From assembly GCF_004010195.1 (NCBI RefSeq), contig NC_057720.1, positions 27,675,410 to 27,708,139 of the forward strand: DNA of 32,730 bases. Reading direction: 5' to 3'. The position numbers and the translations under genes are program-made. Under the pieces are notes generated by a model that worked only from the letters and a program-made list of their open reading frames with translations, did not search any database and was not told where the DNA came from. This DNA comes from Chiloscyllium plagiosum. Taxonomy: Eukaryota. This document shows positions 10,308-22,298 of this stretch, piece by piece (the first letter of the stretch is position 1; each line of letters starts with the position of its first letter).

Positions 10308-12246
10308 GACCATAAGATACAAGAACAAAATTAGGCCATTCAGCCAATCAAGCCTGCCATTTGATCATGGCTGATATGTTTCTCAATCCCATTCTCATGC
10401 CTTCTCCCCGTAACACTTGATTCCTTTACTAATCAAGAATCTCTCTATCTCTGTCTTAAATACACTCAATGACTTGGCCTCCACTGCCTTCTATAGCAAG
10501 GAGTTCCATTGAATCACCACCCTCTGGCTGAAGAAGTTGCTCAGCATCTCAGTTCTAAAGGATTGTCCCTTTAATGTAAGGCTGTACTCCCAAGTCCTAG
10601 TCTCTCCTTCTCATGGAAACAACTTCTCCATGTTCACTTTAACCAGGCCTCTCAATGCCCTGTAAATTTCAATCTGAGCCCTCCTACATCCTTCTAAACT
10701 CCATCAAGTACAGACCAGAGTCCTCAACTGCTCCTCATATGGCAACTCTTTCATCCCTAGGATTATACTTGTAAACGTCCTCTGGACCCCCTCCAAGGCC
10801 AGCAAGTCTTTCCTTAGATACGGGGCCCAAAACTGATCACAATATTCCAAATGTAGTCTGACCAGAGCCTTATACAGCCTCAACAGTGTTTTCAAGCCCT
10901 CTTGAAATGAATGGCAACGTCACATTTACCTTCCTAACCACCTGTATGTCAACCTTAAGAAAATCCTGAACTAGGACTCCAAAGTCTCTTTGCGATTCAG
11001 ATTTCTGAAGCCTTTCCCTATTTGGAAAATAGTCTATGCCTCTATTCTTCCCACCAAAATGTATAACCTCATACTTTGCCACATTGTATTCCAACTGCTA
11101 CTTCTTTGTCCACTCAGCACGTCCAATTCCTTCTGCAGCCACCCCACTTCTTCACTACTTATCCCTTCATCTTTGTGTCATCTATAATCTTAGCAACAAT
11201 GCCCTCAATTCGTTCATCTAGATCATTAGTGTATAACATGAATAGTTGTGCTCCCAACACTGACCCTTGCAGAAATCCACTAGTCACCATGTGCCATCCT
11301 GAAAAAGACCCCTTTATCCCTGCTCTTTCCCCTCTGCTAGGCAGCCAATCCTCTGTCCATACCAGTGCCTTGCCTCTAACACCATGAATTAGAATTAAGT
11401 TTTATTGTCACATATACTCAAGTACAGGGATACAGGAGTACAGTGATAAGTGAAAAAAGTCACTATTCCCATCTTAGGTACAAAGGTACCGAGGTACAAA
11501 ATCTTAGATATAAAGCAGAAAAATAAAGAAGGACAAAGTTCAACATTGCAGTCCTGAAGTGATTAGCCATGGCCCTGGATCCAATCTCTTCCACCCCGAC
11601 GCTGATATCATCACCAGCTGGAAGCAGTCGGCTAGCCTCAAGTCCTTTCACCGGGTCACCATTCTTCTGCGCCATCTTGCCTCCAGTAACATGACCAGCA
11701 CAAATCCACACTGGCCGATCTCAGCAACGCACTGAAGCTGTCAGGTTCCACACCGGGCACTGGGCCCAACCTCCTGTCCTCCCCCCAATACAGCCACTGG
11801 GAATACAAACTCAATTCACTTTGCTGCCGCCAGGAATAAATTTCACATCAAACAAGCTGAATCTGCTGAGCTCTCAACAAAAGGTTAAAGAAAGAAAAAA
11901 AGCAATTAAAGAGGAAAAAAAAAGGATCTTATTTCGCAGCCTTGAGTGCGGAAACTTATCATAGACCTTCTGGAAAGCCAAAAAGATCATATCCACTGGC
12001 TCTCCTTTGTCTAACTTGATGGTTATCTCCACAAAGAATTCTAACAAATTTGTCAAGCGTGACCTCCTCTTGACAAAATCATGCTGACTTAGACCTATTT
12101 TACAATGCACTTCCAAGTGTTCCGCAATCTCATCCTCGATAATAGTCTCTAAAATCTTAACAAAGACCGAGATCAGGCTAACCTGTCTATGGTTTCCTGT
12201 CTTCTGCCTCACTCCTTTCTTAAACAGGGGTATTACATTAGCCACT
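10308..12246 (-). mobile_element. 5'-truncated CR1 LINE (RT to 3' end), interrupted at about 11386-11925
   Basis: ANVIPLFKKG, HDFVKRRSRLTNLLEFF, LYKALVRLHLEYCDQFWAPY; tail tcttgtatcttatggtc on the minus strand. Confidence 0.9.
11386..11925 (-). mobile_element. Non-coding insertion of about 540 bp with a Rex1-like 3' tail
   Basis: Interrupts otherwise contiguous CR1 RT sequence. Minus-strand end reads ctgtacttgagtatatgtgacAATAAAacttaattctaattc. Confidence 0.55.
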
Positions 12247-12249
12247 TAG

Positions 12250-14625
12250 GAACTCACCAGGTCTGAGGGGCAAGAGCACAGTGGGGACTTATTAAACAAT
12301 AACTAATTGCACAGCTTGTAGCCAGCTTCAGTGGAACCTCAGCCCATCCATTCCCGACTACGCACTTCAGGCTGATGGCTTTTCTATCCATTGTATCGCC
12401 GTACAGGGTGAAGGAGTTTGCTTTTTAATCAACAACTTGTGGTGCACGGATATTGCAACCCTGGACAGCCATTGCTCCACAAACCTTGAACTCCTCAGCA
12501 TCAAATGTGGCCCCTTCTATCTACCACAGGAATTTACCGCTACTATAGTAACTGCTGTGTGCATACCGCCACAAGCAAAGGTTGAGGAAGCTCTGGATGT
12601 GTGGTACTCCACCACTAACACCTTAGAGACTGAACACCCCGAGGCTTTGTTTGTTGTGACTGGCGATTCCAATCAAGCCAATCGAAGGAAGGTGTTGCCC
12701 AAGTACTACCACAACATTACCTGCTCAACCAGGGGCCTGAACATTTTAGACCACGGCTACACCACTGTGTCTACCGCTCTATCCCCCGCCCTCACATTGG
12801 GAACTCCAACCACAATGCCATGTTTCTTCTCCTGGCTTACAGGCAAAAGCTCAAGCAAGAGACCCCCCTCGTGGATACAGGTCCAATGCTGGTCGGCGGA
12901 GGTAGGGGATCAACTCTGGTGCTGTCTAGAATTGGCTGATTGGACCATGTTCAAACAATTCGCAGGTACCTTGGACGAGTACACCACACCGTCACAAGAG
13001 TTTATCAGCAAGTGTGTGGAGGACTTCATACCGAGGAAGTCAATCTGGATGTTCCCCAACAGGAAACCCTGGATGAATCAGGACATACAGAACCTGCTAA
13101 AAACCAAGCGTGAGACCTTCAGATCAGGAGACCCACTCAAAGAAAAGGAATCTAAGTATGACCTTTGCAGAGCTATTAAGACAGCCAAGGACCAATACCG
13201 ATCCAAACTAGAGACACAGACACCAGGCAACTGTGGCAAGGACTGAATGACATCACAGGTTCGAAAAAGAGACAGTGCAAGACAGCAAACGATGACACAT
13301 CCCTCCCAGATCGTCTCAACTCCTTCTATGCTCACTTTGAGCAGAAGTTTGGAGGAGAGGTAACACCAATTCCAACAAGTCCTGATGAACCTATCCCAAC
13401 AGTCAGATCAGTTTTCCTTCGTGTGAATCCAAAGAAAGCGAGGTAACCAGATGGAGTACCAGGCTGTGCACTCAGATCATGCGCAGATCAACTGGCAGAG
13501 GTCTTCTCAGACATCTTCAACCTCTCCCTGCAGCAGGCCAGTCTCCCTGCCTGTTTCAAGAGGGCCAACATCATCCCTGTGCCTGAGAAGGCTCATGCAG
13601 CATGTCTCAATGACGACTGCCCAGTGGCCCTAACTTCGGTGCTTTGAAAGGCTGGTCGTGGCATTAACCAGCCTTCCCATTACTCTTGACCCATTCCAAT
13701 TTGACTATCAGACCAACAGATCCACATCAGATGCCATATCACTTGCCCTTCATTCCTCCCTAGAACATCTTGACACCAAAAACAACTATGTAAGAATCCT
13801 ACTCATTGACTACAGTTCAGCCTTCAACACTATTACTCCCTTGAGACTGATTACTAAACTTAGTGATCTTGGACTAAGCCCCAATCTCAGCAACTAGATC
13901 CTCAGGCCACAATCAGTGAAGACTGGTGACAATATTTCATCATCTCTGACACTCAACACTGGAGCCCCCCAGGGGTGCATGCTAAGCCCCCTCCTGTACT
14001 CACTGTATACTCATGACTGCATCACCAAATACCAGACTAATGCCATTTNNNNNNNNNNNNNNNNNNNNNNNNNNNNNNNNNNNNNNNNNNNNNNNNNNNN
14101 NNNNNNNNNNNNNNNNNNNNNNNNNNNNNNNNNNNNNNNNNNNNNNNNNNNNNNNNNNNNNNNNNNNNNNNNNNNNNNNNNNNNNNNNNNNNNNNNNNNN
14201 NNNNNNNNNNNNNNNNNNNNNNNNNNNNNNNNNNNNNNNNNNNNNNNNNNNNNNNNNNNNNNNNNNNNNNNNNNNNNNNNNNNNNNNNNNNNNNNNNNNN
14301 NNNNNNNNNNNNNNNNNNNNNNNNNNNNNNNNNNNNNNNNNNNNNNNNNNNNNNNNNNNNNNNNNNNNNNNNNNNNNNNNNNNNNNNTCTACCATCGGGG
14401 AGAAGGTACAGAAGCCTGAACACATGCACCAGCCGGTTTCAAAACAGTTTCTACCCTACCGTTGTTAGAATACTGAATGGACTCACAAACTCTTAACATT
14501 CACCTATACCTGTGTTTTGTTTTTGCAGCTGTTTATCTATTATTTACTTATCTACGCTACTTAAGTATGTGATCTGCCTGCATTTCTTGCAAGACAAAGC
14601 TTTTCAATTCAATTCAATTCAATTC
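12250..14625 (+). mobile_element. Rex1/Babar-type LINE, decayed (APE plus RT), with an internal assembly gap
   Basis: [75 protein letters not shown]; (AATTC)4 tail at 14606-14625. The 5' boundary is approximate. Confidence 0.88.
14049..14387. other. Assembly gap (N run) inside the Rex1 element
   Basis: Run of N. Confidence 1.
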
Positions 14626-14717
14626 TTTGTGCTTCGGAGAATTGTTCTAAAACCCTGATTTCATTGTATTGAAAGTACTTTTTAATTTTTCATGTCCCAT
14701 AGACTTCACTCATCTTT

Positions 14718-14837
14718 ATAGAAACTGGACAGTGTGGAAGCATGCCATTCAACCCATTGGGTCCACACTGACCCTCCCCCAAAGAACATCCCACCCAGAT
14801 CCAGCCCCCCCATCCTATCCATGTAACTGTACATTTC
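14718..14837 (-). mobile_element. 3' part of an HE1-like SINE split by the CR1 insertion
   Basis: Minus strand reads ctgggtgggatgttctttg...gggtcagtgtggacccaatgggttgaatggcatgcttccacactgt; it joins 19612-20021. Confidence 0.75.
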
Positions 14838-16771
14838 TTCATTTCTCCTGTGGCAGTTGGAGTGGGAGCAGCAACAGCGAGGACCAGAGGCCCGATGGAA
14901 AGGTATATTTCAAAAGATATAATAGCTTAGCTCATGTATAGGCAGAGGGCACACTGGACTGCTGAGTAAGTGAGGTTATATATTTGAGTGGTTGCTCTAT
15001 CTGAAACATGACTTGGGTAGTGTCTCCCACCCGTCCTCCTCCTCTAACCAAAATAAAAAACGGTTCTATGTGCTGATTGGTAAGGTGACTGGTTCATTTT
15101 TTAGCTTTTCAGTAGTCTCAGCATCTGCAGTCCTTGTTTTTATCTCATTGGGAATCTAGAATAATGGGAATGGAGGTTAGGGCAGTTGAATGTTCCTCCT
15201 GCAGAATGTGCGACTAAGATTCACCACTAGTATCCCTGCTTACTGCATCTGTGGGAAGTGCATCCAACTCCAGCTCCTCGAAAACTGCGTTAGGGAGCTG
15301 GAGCTGAGCTGGATGAACTTCAGATCATTCAGGAGGCAGAAGGGGTTATCTAAAGGAGTTACAGGGAGGTAGTCACACCTCAGGTAAAAGAAGAAGGTAG
15401 ATAGCTTACAGTCAGGTGACAGAAAGGGAACTGGCAGGCAGTGCAGGGATCCCCTGAGGCCGTTCCCCTCAACAAGTATAACATTTTGGATAGGACTGAC
15501 CAGGGGTAAGCCATGGGGTACAGGTTTCTGGCACAGAGTCTGTCCCTGTTGCTCAGAAGGGAAGGGGAAGAGGAGCAGAGCATTAGTCATTGGGGACTCC
15601 ATAGTTGTGGAATCGAGAGACACTTACGGTTGGTGTATTGCCTCCCAGCTGCCAGGGTTTGTGATGTCTCTGATCATGTTTTCGGGATCCTTGAGGGAGA
15701 GGGGGAGGGGGAGCAGATCCAAGTCGTGGTCCACATAGGCATCAACGACATTGGTAGGAAGAGAGATGGGGATCTAAGGCGGAAATTCAGGGAGCTAGTG
15801 TGGAAGCTTAGAGCGAGTACAAACAGAGTTGTTATCTCTGGTTTGTTGCCCGAGCCACATGCTAGTGAGGCGAATCAGGAGAGAGAAGTTGAACACTTGG
15901 CTACAGGGATAGTACAGGAGGGAGGGTTTTGTATTCCTGGATAATTGGGGGTCTTGGAGGGGTAGGTGAGACCTCTACAAACAGGATGGTCTTCTCCTGA
16001 ACCAGAGGGGTGCCAATATCCTGGGGGGGACATTTGCTCTTCGGGTGCGTTTAAACTAATTCATCAGGGGGACAGGTACCTAAATTGTAGTTTGAGGAGA
16101 TGGGAGGTTGAGAGTAGTGAAGTCAGAACTATGATGTCAAGATCGCAAGAAGGCACCAACAGGCAAGAAATTGGTTTGATGTATGTCTACTTCAACGACA
16201 GGAGCATCCGGAATAAGGTGGGTGAACTTGCAGCATGGGTTGGTACCTGGGATTTCGATGTTGTGGCCATTTCAGAGAATGGGTAGAGCAGGGACAGGGA
16301 TGGTTATTGCAGCTTCCGGGAGTTAGATGTTTCAGTAAGAACAGAGAAAATAGTAAAGAGGAGGTGATGTGGCACTGTTAATCAAGGACAGTATTACAGT
16401 TGCAGAAAGGACGTTTGAGGACTCGTCTACTGAGGTAGTATGGGCAGAGATTAGAAACAGGAAAGGTGAGGTCACTCAGTTGGGAGTTTTCTATAGGCCT
16501 CCAAATAGTTCCAGAGATGTAGTGGATAGCAAAGATGGTCTTTGATAGGAGCGAGAGTGACAGGGTAGTTGTTATGGGGAACTTTAACTTTCCAAATATT
16601 GACTGGGAATACTATAGTTCCAGTACTTTAGATGGGTCCGTTTTTGTCCAGTGTGTGTAGGAGGGTTTTCTGACACAGTATGTAGACAGGCCAACAAGGG
16701 ACGAGGCCACATTAGATATTTTACGGGGTAATGAACCCAGCCAGGTGTTAGATTTGGAGGTAGGTGAGCAC

Positions 16772-17102
16772 AGAGGTGGACGGCATGGTGGCACAATGGT
16801 TAGCACTGCTGCCTCACAGCACCAGAGACCCGGGTTCAATTCCCGCCTCAGGCGACTCTCTGTGTGGAGTTTGCACATTCTCCCTGTGTCTGCGTGGGTT
16901 TCCTCCGGGTGCTCCGGTTTCCTCCCACAATCCAAAAAAGTGCAGGTTAGGTGAATTGGCCATACTAAATTGCCCATAGTGTTAGGTGAAGAAGTAAATG
17001 TAGGAGTATGGGTCTGGGTGATATACGCTTCGGCGGGTCGATGTGGACTTGTTGGGCCGAAGAGCCTGTTTCCACACTGTTAGCAATCTAATCTGAAAAA
17101 AA
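16772..17102 (+). mobile_element. HE1-like SINE inside CR1 ORF2
   Basis: gtggcacaatggttagcactgctgcctcacagc, B-box gggttcaattccc; AGCAC direct repeat at 16767-16771 and 17103-17107. Confidence 0.92.
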
Positions 17103-18964
17103 AGCACTTTGGTGATAGTGACCACAGTTCGATTATATTTACTATAGTGATGGAAAGGATAGGTATATACCAGAAGGCAAGAGTTATGGCTGGGGGAAAG
17201 GCAATTACGATGTGATTAGGCAAGATTTAGAATGCATTGGGTGGGGAAGGAAACTGCAGGGATGGGCACAATTGAAATGTGGAGCTTATTCAAGGACCAG
17301 CTACTATGGATCCTTGATAAGTATGTATTGGTCAAGCAGGGAGGAAGTTGTTGAGCGCGGGAGCCGTGGTTTACTAAGGAATCTCTTGTCAAGAAGGCTT
17401 TTGTGAGAATGAGATGTGATGGGTCAGTTAGGGCACTTGAGAGTTACGAGTTAGCCAGAAAGATCTAAAGAGAAAGCTGAGAAGAGTCAGGAGGGGACAT
17501 GAGAAGTCATTGGCAGATCAAGGATTAAGGAAAACCCTAAAGTATATCAAGAATAAAATAAGAACTGGAGTAAGATTAGGTCCCATCAAGCATAGTAGTG
17601 GGAAGTTGTGTGTGGAGTCCCAAAGAGATGGGGAAGCGCTAAATAAATACTTTTTGTCAGTATTCACACTGGAAAAAACAATGTGATCTAAGAGAATACT
17701 GAGATACAGGCTATTGGACTAGATGGGATTGAGTTGCATAAGGAGGAGGTGTTAGTAATTCTGGAAAGTGTAAAAATAGATAAATCCCCAGGGCTGGATG
17801 GGATTTATCTTCGGATTCTGTGAGAAGCCAGGGAGGAGATTGCTGAACCTTTGACTTTGATCTTTATGTTGTCATTGTCTCCAGGAACAGTGCCAGAAGA
17901 CTGGAGGATAGCAAATGTTGTTCCCTTGTTCAAGGAGACTAGAGACAACTCTGGTAATTATAGACCAGTGAGCCTTACTTCAGTTGTGGGTAGTGTTGGA
18001 AAGGGTCATAAGAGATAGGATTTATAATCATCTGGAGAGGAATAATTTGATTAGGGATAGTCAACATGGTTTTGTGAAGGGTTAGGTCGTGCCTCACAAA
18101 CCTTATGGAGTTCTTTGAGAAGGTGACCAAACAAATGGATGAGGGTAAAGCAGTTGATGTGGTGTATATGGATTTCAGCAAGGAGTTTGATAAGGTTCCC
18201 CCCAGTAGGCTATTGCACAAAATGCGGAGACATGGGATTGAGGGTGATTTAGTGGTTTGGATCAAAAATTGGCTAGCTGAAAGAAGACATTTTATGGAAA
18301 ATATTCATCCTGGAGTTTAGTTACTAGTGGAGTACTGCAAGGATCTGTTTTGGGTCCATTGTTGTTTGTCATTTTTATAAATTACCTGGATGAGGGTGTA
18401 GAAGGATGGGTTTGTAAATGTGCGGATGACACTAAGGTCAGAAGAGTTGTGGATAGTGACAAAGGATGTTGTAGGTTAAAGAGAGACATAGATAATCTGC
18501 AGAGCTGGGCTAAGAAGTGGCAAATGGAGTTTAATGCAGAAAAGTGTAAGGTGATTCACTTTGGAAGGAGTAACAGGAATGCAAAGTACTAGGCTAATCG
18601 TAAGATTCTTGGTAGTATCATGAGCAGAGAGATCTCTGTGTCCATGTACATAGATTCTTGAAAGTTGCCACTCAGGGTTGATCGGGTTGGCAAGAAGGCA
18701 TACAATGTGTTGGCTTTTATTGGTAGAGGGATTGAGTTTGGAACCATGAGATCGTGCTGCAAGCTGTACAAAACTCTGGTGCGGCCACATTTGGAGTATT
18801 GCGTACATTTCTGGTCACCGCATTATAGGAAGGATGTGGAAGCTTTGGAAAGGGTTCAGAGGAGAATTACTAAGATGTTGCCTGGTATGGAGGGAAGGTC
18901 TTATGAGGAAAGGCTGAGGGACGAGGCTGTTTTCGTTAGAGAGAAGAAGGTTGAGAGGTGACTT

Positions 18965-19273
18965 GGGATGGCGTGGTGGCTCAGTGGTTATCACTGCTGC
19001 CTCACAGTACCAGAGATCCAGGTTTGATTCCAGCCTCGGGTGACTGTGTGGAGTTTGCACATCCACTCCATGTCTGTGTGGATTTTCTCCATGTGCTCGT
19101 TTCCTCCCACAGTTTAAAGATAGGCAGGCCGGGTGATTTGGCCATGCTAAATGGCCCATAGTGTTAGATGCATTAGTCAGGGGAAATGGGTCTGGGTGTG
19201 TTACTCTTCGGAGGGTCGGTGTGGACTTATTGGGCCAAATGGCCTGTTTCCACACTGTAGGAAATCTAATCTA
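18965..19273 (+). mobile_element. HE1-like SINE inside the CR1 ORF2 C-terminus
   Basis: gtggctcagtgg A-box, core, atctaatcta tail; interrupts gaggtgactt|aattgagac (RGDL-IET). Confidence 0.9.
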
Positions 19274-19625
19274 AATTGAGACATGTAAGATAATCAGAGG
19301 TTTCGACAGGGAGAGCCTTTTTTCTTGGATGACGATGGCTAGCATGAGGGGACATAGCATTAAATTGAGGGGTGATAGATTTAGGACAGATGTCAGAGGT
19401 AGTTTCTTTACTCAGAAGGTAGTAGGGGTGTGCAATGCACTGCCTGCGACAGTAGCAGACTCGCCATATTTAAGGGCATTTAAATGGTCATTGGATAGGC
19501 AAATGGATGAGAATGGAATAATGTAGATTTGATGGGCTTCAATTGGTTCCACAGGTCAGCGCAACATTGAGGGCCGAAGGGCCTGTACTGTGCTGTAATC
19601 TTCTATGTTCTATTTCCCATGGCTA

Positions 19626-19782
19626 CTTTCTCCCCACCCCCACCCTCCTCTCACTTATCTCTCCACCCTTCAGGCTCTCTGCCTGTATTCCTGATGAAGG
19701 GCTTTTGCCCGAAACGTCGATTTTACTGCTCCTCGGATGCTGCCTGAACTGCTGTGCTTTTCCAGCACCACTCTAATCTAGA
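19626..19782 (+). mobile_element. Short Penelope-like 3' fragment carrying an HHR
   Basis: CCCATGGCTA direct repeat at 19616-19625 and 19783-19792; tail gatgctgcctgaactgctgtgcttttccagca. Confidence 0.8.
19687..19722 (+). ncRNA. Minimal type I hammerhead ribozyme with intact catalytic core
   Basis: attc-CTGATGA-a-GGGC-tttt-GCCC-GAAA-cg-TC-gatt; palindromic ACGT stem III; predicted cleavage after 19718. Confidence 0.8.
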
Positions 19783-20909
19783 CCCATGGCTAATCCACCA
19801 AGCCTACACATCCCTTTCAGCATGGGCAATTTAGCATGGCAGGTCCACCTAACCTGATCATCTTTCGACTATGGGAGGAAACCAGGGTATCCAGGGGAAA
19901 CCCACACAGACACGGGAACAATGTACAAACTTCACATAGACAGCCGCCCGAGGGTAGAATCAAACCTGGGTCCCTGGCGCTCTGAGGCAGCAATGCTAAC
20001 TACTGAGCCATCATACTGCCCCAAACTGTTTCTACTGCACCATAGGCAACATATATAATTGGAGCAGGAACCTCTAATGAGAAGGCACAGAAGCAGCCTC
20101 CTTCTCTGGATCCACAAAGCATAGGTGGACATGGCTCCAATTTTAAGGAGGGGATATCCCCAGCAAAGCCAGCAACAGTGCCTTAAGAGGTTCAAGGTTT
20201 TGCTGTAGGCCAATGCTGATATCTGCAGCTTCTTGGAAGACCTTCAAAGGGGGCCAGATCATCATGCGTTGCCATAGGTGGCAACGTTTCTGACTCTGTG
20301 TGGGGTTGGTGGAGAGGGCTGGGTGGAGAGATGAAGCATGCTCTTTTTACATCTTCCCTCTCACGGCCCACGTATTTTCCACTGCTGACAAACAACTGGG
20401 CCACTTCTTTTCGGTGAGGCCTTCAGCTGTCTTGGTGAGGTTTTCTTGCTCCACATATCAAGTGGAGAAGAGATCGAAACTCAGTCTAGTAAATATCATT
20501 AGTGGTGATACTGGTGATTGTTAAGCTTCAAATGTGATTCTTGACAACTATCACTAGGTCTATGGGCTACTTCCATCTCACCGACAGACAGTGTATTGTT
20601 CACCAGCCAGCCAGCAACCATCCCTCCCCCCCCCAAATCCAAATGACACTAAATTCAAGGTCTGGGCAACACACACGAGCTGCTTTGCTTGGTTTACTTC
20701 ATGCTCTTCTGGAGACAACACTTTCTTTCTGGTTCTGCGTTCACCACGATCCCCTGGGGTGAGTCAAGTGATGACAAAGGCCTGAGAGGGCCGGGTGGTA
20801 TCAGACTTGCCACATCTTCTTTCCATTTCCTTGCCACCATTCACCTTAACAATCGAGATTTCTTGCAGCCTTTCTAACTGCTGCCTCACAAGCTCCTCCT
20901 CAAAGCCGC

Positions 20910-21490
20910 AGTCTCATTGGGTTCTCCTCTCCAGCGTCACTGACCCATTCGCCAATGATTGACTGACCTCATCGCCCAGACCTCTGTCTCCTCCGGGGAC
21001 AACAATGTGCAAATCTGCACGCGGACCATGAAAGCCGCAGCCCCGCGAGCTGATTGGCTGATGGCAACAACCTGCCGCTGCTGGTTGGTCCGTAATGCAG
21101 TCGGTGGGTGGGCGGAGCCGACGCCGAAGCCTATTGGCCGACATCACAGAACCGCTCGATGATTGGCCAGGTGTGGATCAATTGCTTTGTGATGAAAAGG
21201 AGTCTGATTAGCCGAGGTAGAGCGGTTGGGGGTGGGGCCTATGGATGTTGACGGTTTGTGGAAAAGCAAATGGCCGCCGAGTGAGAACCTCCCAGGAAAC
21301 AGAAAATGTTTCATATAAATTGAACTTGGCAACAACGGTGTAATTTCCTAACGGTTAATGCCCGAGAAACGAATTATTGATTGACTGCTGACAATCCAAT
21401 GGTGAGTGATGTTCCAGGGCAGCGCTGATTGGTCAGAAAAGGAAGGCGGGGGGGTGATGTGAAGACACTGAAAGTCCGATTGGACAAAGT
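20910..21490. promoter_or_regulatory. CCAAT-box (NF-Y) and GC-box-rich, CpG-enriched promoter-like island
   Basis: CCAAT/ATTGG at 20916, 20952, 21053, 21133, 21162, 21396, 21428, 21479; GGGCGG at 21110; GGCGGG at about 21445; visibly more CpG than the flanks. Confidence 0.65.
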
Positions 21491-21744
21491 GTGATTACAA
21501 TTAACTGCAAATCTCAGAGTTGTGTGTGGGACAGTCAGTCCTGAGGGGGTAGGAACGTCCTGTATCTAAATGTTGGGGAAACTGAAGTCATTCATTTCAG
21601 TACCAGTCACAAATACCATCCCATTTCCTGCCAATAGTCTGAGCCAACGAGTCTCTTTACAATCTTCGAATAAAATAAAGAAATAGCATAGAATAGAATC
21701 CCTACAGAGTGGAATCATGTGGATGATAGAGATTTGAAGCAAAG

Positions 21745-21830
21745 GAAAAACAAAAAGTTTTAGAGAAACTCAGCAGGTCTGGCAGCATCTGCGGCGAGAT
21801 AAACAGATTTAACGTTTCGACTCCAGTGAT
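21745..21830 (-). mobile_element. Penelope-like 3' tail fragment with only the 3' half of an HHR
   Basis: Minus strand cactggagtc-GAAA-cg-TT-a...cagatgctgccagacctgctgagtttctc; the CTGANGA half is absent. Confidence 0.6.
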
Positions 21831-22298
21831 CGATGACAGAACTCACTTCCAAAGACACACACCACCACAAAGGCTACCTCCATAAAATCACCCCCCCTGT
21901 TTAGCTCATCTGCTACTCCCTTTCATGTCTTTGCCACCCTTCACCCTCTGTGAACTGAACATATTTGATACTCTGCTGCAGGTGTCTTAGGTTGTGCCAA
22001 GTACTGTTCCCGCATCACTGTGTTGGCTGACCATCTCTTGGTCATGCATCAAATGGATTTTAACTTCTAATCCTTGTTTTGAATGCCTTATTAGCCTTGA
22101 CTGTCCCTATCTTTGCAACTTCCATTTGCCTGTTATTCCTAGAAGATATCAAGGGGCAATTGTCAGAATAGATTACTGGCTGGATTCAAGACTGATAATA
22201 AAGTGAGGGAATGCAGAATAAACAATCAGCCTGGCAGAAGATGGGAAATGGTTTTCCACATGTAATATTCCTGGGACTTTTAAATTAACAGTTTAGGT

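Larger units (their letters stand above)
14838..19611 (+). mobile_element. Apparently full-length but inactivated CR1 LINE (5' UTR, ORF1 zinc finger/leucine zipper/esterase, ORF2 APE-RT, 3' tail)
   Basis: ORF1 from about 15170 (MEVRAVECSSC, CGKCIQLQLLENCVRELEL, VVVHIGINDI). ORF2 YFNDRSIRNK, VDVVYMDFSKEFDKVP, CADDTK, YKTLVRPHLEYC. Tail ttctatgttctat. ATTTC direct repeat at 14833-14837 and 19612-19616. Many stops and frameshifts. Confidence 0.9.
19612..20021 (-). mobile_element. 5' part of an HE1-like SINE (host of the CR1 and PLE insertions)
   Basis: Minus strand gggcagtatgatggctcagtagttagcattgctgcctcagagcgccagggacccaggtttgattc; interrupted at 19626-19782. Confidence 0.85.

Noticed and set aside
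15116..15150. Possible 30-bp PLE tail (cagcatctgcagtccttgttttta) within the CR1 5' UTR
   Set aside because: Too short to support beyond resemblance.
20170..20250. Minus-strand LEPLK as the missing next ubinuclein exon
   Set aside because: No further similarity, no suitable splice sites, and an in-frame stop nearby.
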